Positions 55,851 through 64,000 of a stretch of 64,000 nt of DNA are shown one piece after another. The stretch lies in NCBI GenBank assembly GCA_964016885.1, contig OZ024743.1, positions 172,794,001 to 172,858,000 on the forward strand, given 5' to 3'. Source of the DNA: Eledone cirrhosa (Eukaryota). Below the pieces are notes generated by a model. That model had not been told where the DNA came from and did not search any database. It saw only the letters and a list, made by a program, of their open reading frames with translations. Positions within the stretch are counted from its first letter, which is position 1. Each line of letters opens with the position of its first letter. The translations under genes and the position numbers were made by a program.

Positions 55851-56117
55851 TACCATTTATGTTGTTGTTTATCAATGGGTAGAATTGGTGATTCTAGCTA
55901 GTAAACGATGATGCAATTAATTAAAGCACTCAATGTTATGCAAATCATCCATCATAGAAGTGGTATCCCATGGCTGGTGCAAAAACAGAGTTAAATATTC
56001 ATTTAGTTTGCCATTACAATAATACTGAATTGGGAAGCCATCCCCGAACCAAATCTAACCTAATCTATGTTTGTTTCACTGTAATCTATGTTATCTTATA
56101 TAACTAATTCTGCAATC

Positions 56118-56181
56118 AACATCTGATGAAATTGCCCAAGTTTTGTATCATGATCGAATAATGAAAGTGGGCCATAGTGTT
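56118..56181 (+). ncRNA. Degenerate hammerhead ribozyme (family Q)
   Basis: AACAT-CTGATGA-aATTG...TAAT-GAAA-gtgggcca-TA|GTGTT. Stem III is mispaired. Confidence 0.45.
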
Positions 56182-56263
56182 TTCGCATAATTAAAATTTT
56201 AAAGAAAGTTTTGAGTCCCATCTTCTGTTGTTTTTAATGTGCGTGCGTGCGTGCGTGCGTGTG

Positions 56264-56299
<36 letters not shown>

Positions 56300-56515
56300 T
56301 ATATATTGCCTGTGTTCAGAGGAATCACATAATGTAATGTAGTATTGTATAAATCACTAGTATACCATTTTCCTTCACTATTGTCTTCCATCGGATAGCA
56401 GGGCAACATTGTTGTTTTTGTTTATTTTTCTCTGGGATAGAAGTAATTGTCTAATGTTCAATGAAAAACATGGTGAAGGTTCAAATCCAGTCAAAGTTAT
56501 GCATTGTATATTGTA

Positions 56516-56670
56516 AGGCAATGGATTGGCAGAGTCATTAGAATATCGGTTAGAATGCTTTGCAGTATTTATTCCAGCTCTCTGTGTTCTGAATTAAAAA
56601 CTTGTCATGGTCAACTTCGTCTTTCATTTTTTTCAGGTCAATAAATGAAGTGACAATTCAGTACTGGGGG
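56516..56670 (+). mobile_element. Diverged tRNA-derived SINE
   Basis: ggcaatggattggcagagtcattag...gtcaacttcgtctttcat...tcaataaat...cagtactggggg. Confidence 0.6.
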
Positions 56671-57223
56671 GTCAGGGCTTCCTCTATACTCTCTTTTTTT
56701 TTATTTCAGTTTCAATTAACTTCGGAAATAATAAAGAATATTTGGAAAAATTTGGTAAAATAACTTTCTCATAAGTTGGTGTTCGGAGTATAACAAATTT
56801 TCTTACATAAAATTACGATAAAAAGTTTTGATAGACAGTTTTGCATCATAGAACTATAACCAGTTTCAAGTAGTTTGGTATTAAAAGAGTTAAACTTTTT
56901 GTTCTACATCAGTTAGCTTAGACAAAATATGTAGGAGAAATTAAATCATATTTTTTTATATATAATGCACATAACATATTTTTTGTTTAACTTTTGTAAT
57001 ATTGAATTCTAATATCCTATTTCTATGATACAAAACTCTATTTCAAAGTATTCATATTTATCTTTAAAAATATCTTCATTTTATGTAAGAAAATTTGTTA
57101 GATTGTGTTTCAAGTACCAGAATAATAATGAGAATTTTACTAAATTCTTTCAAATTCTTGATTATTAAGAAAATCATGGCCAGTGTTTTTCACTAAAAAT
57201 GTCATAATGAAATGGTTTAAAAA

Positions 57224-57529
57224 CTAGCAGCCAAAGTGTATGACAAAGTTATATCTGTATAAATACAGAGAGTGTAACTGAGACTGCACCAACACATATA
57301 AATATATACACGTAACTAATGTGTAGGCATGCAAACATGCCAGAAAATACAATGAGGGTTGAATAAGATTTGAAAATCGATTAAAGATGTTTATCATTTT
57401 TCCCATTTACAGAGAAATTCGAATTTTTAGACAATTTTGCATGCCTACAAATTAGATACGTTGGTGCAGTCTCAGTTACACGCTCTGTATTTATACAGAT
57501 ATAACTTTATCATACATTTCAACTGCTAG
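57224..57529. mobile_element. MITE/foldback element with long inverted arms
   Basis: ctagcag...gttatatctgtataaatacagagagtgtaactgagactgcaccaac pairs with gttggtgcagtctcagttacacgctctgtatttatacagatataac...ctgctag. Confidence 0.8.
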
Positions 57530-57683
57530 CACACTCCTTACTATATATGATTTTTGTTGTGTTAACCCTGACCTGAGGATCAGGCAGACTTGGAGTCTGG
57601 TCTGGAATGCCTCCCAGATCACGAGCCGGTTGCTTGAGAAACATTTGTAACCGGGTTGAGCAATAAATCTATGTAACACTATA

Positions 57684-57872
57684 TAATTGTTTCTACTATT
57701 GGCACAAGGCCAGAAAATTACCCAGTACATTACTGGTACTTTATTTTATCGACCCCGTAAGGATGAAAGGCAAAGTTAACCTCGGCGGGATTTGAACTCA
57801 GAATGGCAAGGGCCGTAACTCTATGCGTCAAAGCATGGCGTCCGAACCTCTACCGATACTGCCAATCCACCG
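57684..57872 (-). mobile_element. tRNA-derived SINE
   Basis: Same family as 34581-34772. Confidence 0.88.
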
Positions 57873-58259
57873 AATGCTCCCCGCTGGGTAGAGCGCTTAC
57901 TGCTGAGTACCATGGAGAGGTTTACCTACACATCTTCTAAGGACATACCAATACCGGACAGCAACACTGTGTAGGATGGTACAGTACATTTACCAACGGA
58001 TGCAGTGGTGTGCTTACCATTTAGACCGTGCCACCGCCATGGACTACATTACACCTGACTCTGACCCTTCTGACCTAAAGGGTTACTTTAAATCCCATAA
58101 ACTGGAGAAATTTTGGGGTAGACTCTTGCATTTTTTGCGTGTGTTTTTATGATGTATGTATGTGTATATGAATGTGTGTCTGTGGAGGAAGTGTGTATGT
58201 ATATGTATGTACATGTACAATTTCTACGTGTGGGAGTGTGTGTGTGTGTGTGTGTGTAG

Positions 58260-61200
58260 GTATCTTATGCACCAAGTTCAGAGTGGCCACATGGAATGTT
58301 GGCTCACTCAAGAAGCGAGATAGCGAAGTTGTGGAGACATTATCAAGAAGGAAAGTTGAACTTTCTGGTATACAAGAGCACAGATGGGCTGGGGGTGTGA
58401 CACCTAACGAAACTTGCTTCCTGAAAGGCAAGAACTCACACTACAAGTTTTACTGGTGTGGAAACAAGGAAGGCCAAGGTAGTGCAGGCATACTATTAGC
58501 TGAGCACTGGGTGGATAAGGTCTTTGAAGTCCAGTGCACCTCAGACAGGATCCTGCTGCTAAAGCTAGTCATTGGCAAGGTTGTTTTCTCCTTCCTTTCT
58601 ATTTACGCGGCTCAGTCTGGTCTCTCTGATGCTGCAAAAGAGTGCTTCTATGACCAGTTTCAAAGCACTGTCGCCTAAATTTCTGTCTCAGACCCTCTTT
58701 GGAAAGTTCATGTTGGTGCTGTAAATGGTGCATACAAGGATCTGCATGGTGGGTACAGCTTTGGGGCCCATAATGCAGAAGGAGAGAGAATTCTAGAATT
58801 TGCTGTTGCCAACGACCTCCTTGTTGGTAACACATTGTTCAAGAAAAGAGACTCACATCTCGTCACAGTTCTGGCAACCATAGGATCCAGATAGATTACA
58901 TCTTGTTCTGAAAGGGTTTCAGGAAAGCAGTCAGCAACATCAAAGTCATCCCGGCTGAGGAATGCGTCCAACAGCACCAACTAGTGTTTTGTGACTTCAG
59001 TGTTCACTTACTGAAAAAGAAGAAGCAGAAGTTCACTCCTTGAATTTGCACTTGGAATTTGAAGACACCAACTGTGGCTGACCTGTTTCATAACACCTTC
59101 AAGATCAAAGTGACTGGTTCTGCTGCCGGAAATGGCAGGGTAAACTCGATTGAGAAGATGTGGTCTAAGCTGAAAGGGCCCCCTTCTGGATGCAGCAACT
59201 GAGGTATGTGGCATGTCCAAGAACCACCAGTGGAGAAAAGAAACTTGGTGGTGGAACGACAGGGTTGAAGGTGCAATTAAAGAAAAGTGATCACGGTTCA
59301 AATCATACAAGACACTTATGAAAGCAGGTAAAATGGTAGAGGCTAAGGAAGCAAAAACTGCCTACATAGAGGTCAAGTGAACTGCTAAGCATGTTGTTTG
59401 GCTGGCCAAGTCTGATGCCGAGAAGGAGGTGTATGCTGACATCTCCCCTTCTGGTGATGGCGTCTTCTGGCTTGCCAAACAAATGGACCGCACTAACCAG
59501 GATGTTGGCAAAAAGTGTGTCAAAAATGATGCTAGTGAATTGTCTCTCAGTGATGAGAAGATGAAGGCAGAGGTGGAGCATTATTCAAGGCTCTTAAATG
59601 TTGAGTTTGATTGGCCAAGAGACTCATTTTCTGAGGTGACTCCAGTTGCTGGTCCTCCTCCCAGTGTGTCCCCTGAGTTGATCCACAAGCCTCTTGACAA
59701 GATGAAGTGTGGCAAGGCTGCAGGTCCTTCTGGCACCATTGCTGAAATGCTTAAAGCGGCTGGAAAGGAGCAAGTTGAGTTGGTGAGGAAGCTGGCAGAA
59801 ACAGTCTTCAGTGAAGGTACCATTCCTAAAGACTGGGAGGAGAGCTTTACAAAGGCAAGGGGGAGGCCCTCGAGCGTGGAAACTACCATGGTCTCAAGCT
59901 TATCGATCAAGTGATGAAGCTGCTTGAACGTGTATTAGATTCCTACATTCGCAAGATGGTGAACATCAATGAAATGCAATTCGGCTTTGTGCCTGGTAGA
60001 GACACCACACATGCCATTTTCATTGCCCGCCAACTTCAAGAGAAGTACATTGCTGCCAAGAAATCTCTCTTCTTTGCATTTGTTGACCTTGAGAAAGCTT
60101 TTGACCGTGTGCCAAGGAAAGTACTCTGGTGGGCAATAAGAAGTCTAGGCGTGGAGGAGTGGGCTGTCTGTATCATCCAGGGCATGTACACAAACATCAG
60201 GAGTCGTGTTCGTGTCAATGGACATTACAGCGAAGAGTTTGGTGTGGGAGTTGGAGTCCATCAGGGCTCAGTGTTCAGTCCACTCTTCTTCACCTGGTGC
60301 TGGAGGCACTGTCACGGGAGTTCCACACTGGTGTCCCATGGTAGCTGCTGTATGCTGACGATCTTGTGGTCATTGCTGACTCTCTTGGGGAGTGCATCTC
60401 CAAACTGTGATCATAGAAAACTGGCATGGAAAGAAAAGGTCTTCATGTCAATATGAAGAAGACAAAGTTCCTGACATTTGGTATTGATCTTGGCCCCCTC
60501 AAAGATTCTGGCGAATTCCCTGTGCTGTCTGTCGCAGTGGTGTGGGAGCAAACTCCATTGAATGCTCTCAATGCAAGCTATGGGTCCATAAGAGGTGCAA
60601 TGGTATCACTGGGAAACTAGTTGCTGATCCAGAGTACGTTTGTCGTAGGTGTCGAGGTGGTGCTCGTCCAGTGGATGGTCGATCTGATACACATGGGGAT
60701 GTGGACGGCACATTACTTGATATGGAAAGCCCCTTCTGCTACCTGGGTGACATGATCTGTGCTGGTGGAGGCCCTGAATTTGCTGCTGTTTCTCGCTGCT
60801 GTGTTGCATGGGGCAAATTCAGAAAGCTGTTGCCCATGCTCACTTCAAGGCACATATTTTTCAAGGTTTGTGGCAAAGTGTTTTCTGCTTGTGTTTGCTC
60901 CGCCATGCTTCATGGCAGTGAGACATGGGCTCCAAATGCCTCAGATCTGCAACGGCTCAGGCGAAATGATCGTGCCATGATTAGGTGGATATTTGGCACC
61001 AAATTGAAAGATGAGACCCCTTCAACTGTGCTCCAACAGAAGCTGGGTGTGGATGAGATCACTGATGTCCTTTGCTCTGTTGGTACGGACATGTACAGAA
61101 TCAACTCCATCACTCACTTGGCAATCCCTGGCACTAGAGATTGCGGCAGACCAAGGAAGATGTGGTTGGAGTGCATGAAGAGTGATTTATACAAATCACT

Positions 61201-61340
61201 CTTCATCACAAATGGAACTTGATGTCGATACTATGGACAGAAATTCATGGAGAGTGGCTGTGAGATATTGCCTGGTGTTGCCTACTTCGAGTCTGGGACA
61301 ACCGCAGCACCCTAAAGACCAAAACTGGATATGGATATGA
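58260..61340 (+). mobile_element. Near full-length decayed RTE LINE (APE, RT and PHD-like insert)
   Basis: RVATWNVGSL, GIQEHRW, SDRILLLKL, SIYA; QFGFVPGR, FVDLEKAFDRVP, GVHQGSV, YADD, FCYLGD, HGSETW, GRPRK.W. Many stops and frameshifts. Confidence 0.93.
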
Positions 61341-62299
61341 ATGGTGTGAGTATGTGTGTGATCGTATATATGTGGATATATTTCTTTATTTATATCCATT
61401 ATTTTTAAGGAATTTCACCAGTCCAGCCTGCTGTCATTTTACTCAATAATAATTAACTCCATTCTCACACCACTAGCAAGATCCAACATAAACGAAGATG
61501 GATGAGTTGCATTACGTCAAGTGCTTTTCCTAATATTATATCACGGTTGACTATACGGAATGACCAGTTCTATCCAGTGGTGAACCAACAAACAAACATA
61601 TATATATATATATATATATATATCATAGAAATCAAACGAAAAACAGTTCTGTATGAGCAAGACATGGTCACCTTATCTGACGTGTCTCACAATGAAAAAA
61701 CTTGTCTAACCCATGCTAGCATAGAAATGGATGTTACATGATGATGATGACTGTGTATTATATATATATACACACGTACACAAGTGTACGTGTGTCTCCC
61801 TTTCCTGTAGGCTGTCTGATGTACCTCTTTCTTGTACAACTCTCCTGACATCCACTAATCTTCTTTATCATAGAACCTATTTAATAGAGTCCACAACTTC
61901 AAAACAAACTTCAAACAATACAACCCTCCCCACTATATTAAACTGATAAATATTAGGCAGATATCTGCATTTTTTGGAAGAGGTAGGGAAGAGGGGGAAA
62001 AGGTGGGGGATATATTCAGGAACGATTAATTTTGAATGAGATGACAAATTTATGATACGATAATTAAGTATCTTTAGTGAGTTAGTCCCAGGGTTACTTA
62101 CTCCAGTAAGTACCACCGAATCCCAACTACTAAATTTAATAGAAAGAAGATATAGGAGAATTTTCATACAATTTCTTTTTGTGAGAATTATCTCTCACTA
62201 CATTAGAAGTAATAACTGAGGCATGAAGAGTTTCTCAAAACGAGTATCAAAATAACTTGCATTTATTGTAGACCGTGTATTACAAATTGTTATTACAAA

Positions 62300-64000
62300 T
62301 GTGGTACGTTGTGGCATGACGAGGTATAATCTTGAATTATAAGATGTGGTTGGAAAAGGTTTAACATGCTTGCACTCGATGTGATCAGTTTAAGAGTTGA
62401 TCGGCAAAAGAGAGAAAGAATGCTTTTTGCTCCCTCTTTTATAATCCTTGGAATGGAAGTCTTAAGGAATGTTCTAGAATTTCAACGAGAAGTAACTCTA
62501 TCTACTTCGCTTGTCTAGAGAGCGCTACAAGACTCCCCTCTCAGACGAGAAGTCGAATAACCAACCGAAGTTCATTGTAGCGAGAGCCCGTAAGAAATGA
62601 GGAGCAAAGCAAAAGGTACAAGAAGGTGCATGAATAAAACATGAGCTCACAACTGAAGCAAATAGCAAAAAAGCACAAAACAAATAAATGCATTTTACAA
62701 AGAAAAAATGTGAATGTAACAAACTGATAATTCAAAGTTAATATAAAGGAGCAGAGAAAAATTAATGCTTGATGGTAAGTTCAAAGTTTCTTCAAAATCA
62801 AATAGTTCGTACATCACTAGTGTACAGACTTTTCTGACACTAGTTCTATCTGAAACTGAAAAAGAAGTTTGTTAATGCCACTAGGGGTTAAATGTATATA
62901 GTTTTTGAGAGTTTACGTGGCCATTTTACTGTCCTGCCACCTCGTGTGACATAAGGTTGTATGGTATGTTATGTTTGCGGTGGAGGTGAAGGTGTTGGTG
63001 TGGGAGTGTATGTACGAGGTATGTCAGGCATTGTAATGAGACTTTCAGAGAAAGCCTTCTTTGCTCTGTCAATGGATATTGTCTCTTTTCGACCATTGAC
63101 AGCCACTGTGAAATGTTTTGCTGTGTGCAAAAGCACATGAAAAGGTCCATTGCAGGGTGACGTAAGCGGTCCCTTGACGGAATCATTCCGTATAAAAATA
63201 TGTGTCCACGTAGAGATGTCCGATGGAACAGCAGAAGAAATATACTGGTGGAAGATCCAAGAAATACGAACGAACCCTGGTGACATATGATGCTGGATCA
63301 AGATGCGATGAATCCACCGGTGCTAACATTTGACTAGGAAGAGTCAAAGTGGTACCATAAAGAAGTTCAGCAGAAGAGAAACCCAAATCTGTCTTAATGG
63401 CAGAACGACAACCAAGAAGCACGATTTGGCAAAAATTCGGTCCAGCATTGCGGATCAGGAGTAGTGCGAAGTGCAGCTTTCAACTGTCTGTGAAACCTCT
63501 CCACCGTTCCATTGGAGGCTGGGTGATAGTTGGTCGTATGAATATGATGAGCACCCAAGAGTAGTGATATTTCACGAAATAAGGAAGCTTCAAACTGTCG
63601 TCCGTGATCCGTGGTTATTTTAGTAGGAACACCAAAGCGAGCAATCCAATTGGAAATGAAAGCTCGGGCAACGGACTCGGCTGTTATGTCCACTAGGGGT
63701 ATGGCCTCAGGCCACCGAGAGAAACGATCGATACAGGTCAATATATATGTAAACCCACGACTAACGGTCCACGGACCAATAATATCCATATGAATATGAC
63801 GGAAACGTGTGTCTGGTGGGCTGAATTTGCCAAGAGGAGCGCGGACATGCCGATAAATCTTGGAGCACTGACACTTCAAACAAGAACGTGCCCAACCGCT
63901 GATTAAACAACGCATATTAGGCCAGAAAAATCGGGCCATGATGAGCTTCACCGTGGCAGCTATGCCGGGAATCAAGTGCACCAAAAACGGTACGTTGATG
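62300..64000 (-). mobile_element. Gypsy LTR retrotransposon 3' part (integrase, PPT, 3' LTR), continuing beyond the window
   Basis: [53 protein letters not shown] tail. PPT GAGAGGGGAG precedes the LTR TGTAGCG at 62529. Confidence 0.92.

Noticed and set aside
57875-58140. HDV-like ribozyme expected at the RTE 5' end
   Set aside because: I could not assemble the nested double pseudoknot by eye.
62210-62255. Hammerhead-like remnant
   Set aside because: Both core segments are mutated.

Overview
AT-rich animal genomic DNA made almost entirely of repeats. I found no host gene, rRNA, tRNA or CRISPR. The SINE families, RTE tails ending in (GAT)n and the (TA)n/(CA)n density suggest an octopod cephalopod (inference). 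Bases ~1-33 kb are a nested pile of Penelope-like retroelement (PLE) fragments (RT and GIY-YIG remnants plus pseudo-LTRs) inserted into (TA)n microsatellites, with Helitrons. By hand I read about 29 type I hammerhead ribozyme (HHR) motifs, 28 of them in this left half, from roughly 17 unrelated sequence families. Most have palindromic minimal stem III, several have unusually long 47-95 nt stem II domains, and some carry core variants (CCGAAGA, CUGAGAA). Bases ~33-64 kb hold decayed RTE LINEs (with a PHD-like finger inside the RT), CRE-like RLE non-LTR elements, Gypsy LTR elements, tRNA-derived SINEs, a mariner remnant and a MITE. All coordinates were counted by hand, and element boundaries are approximate.
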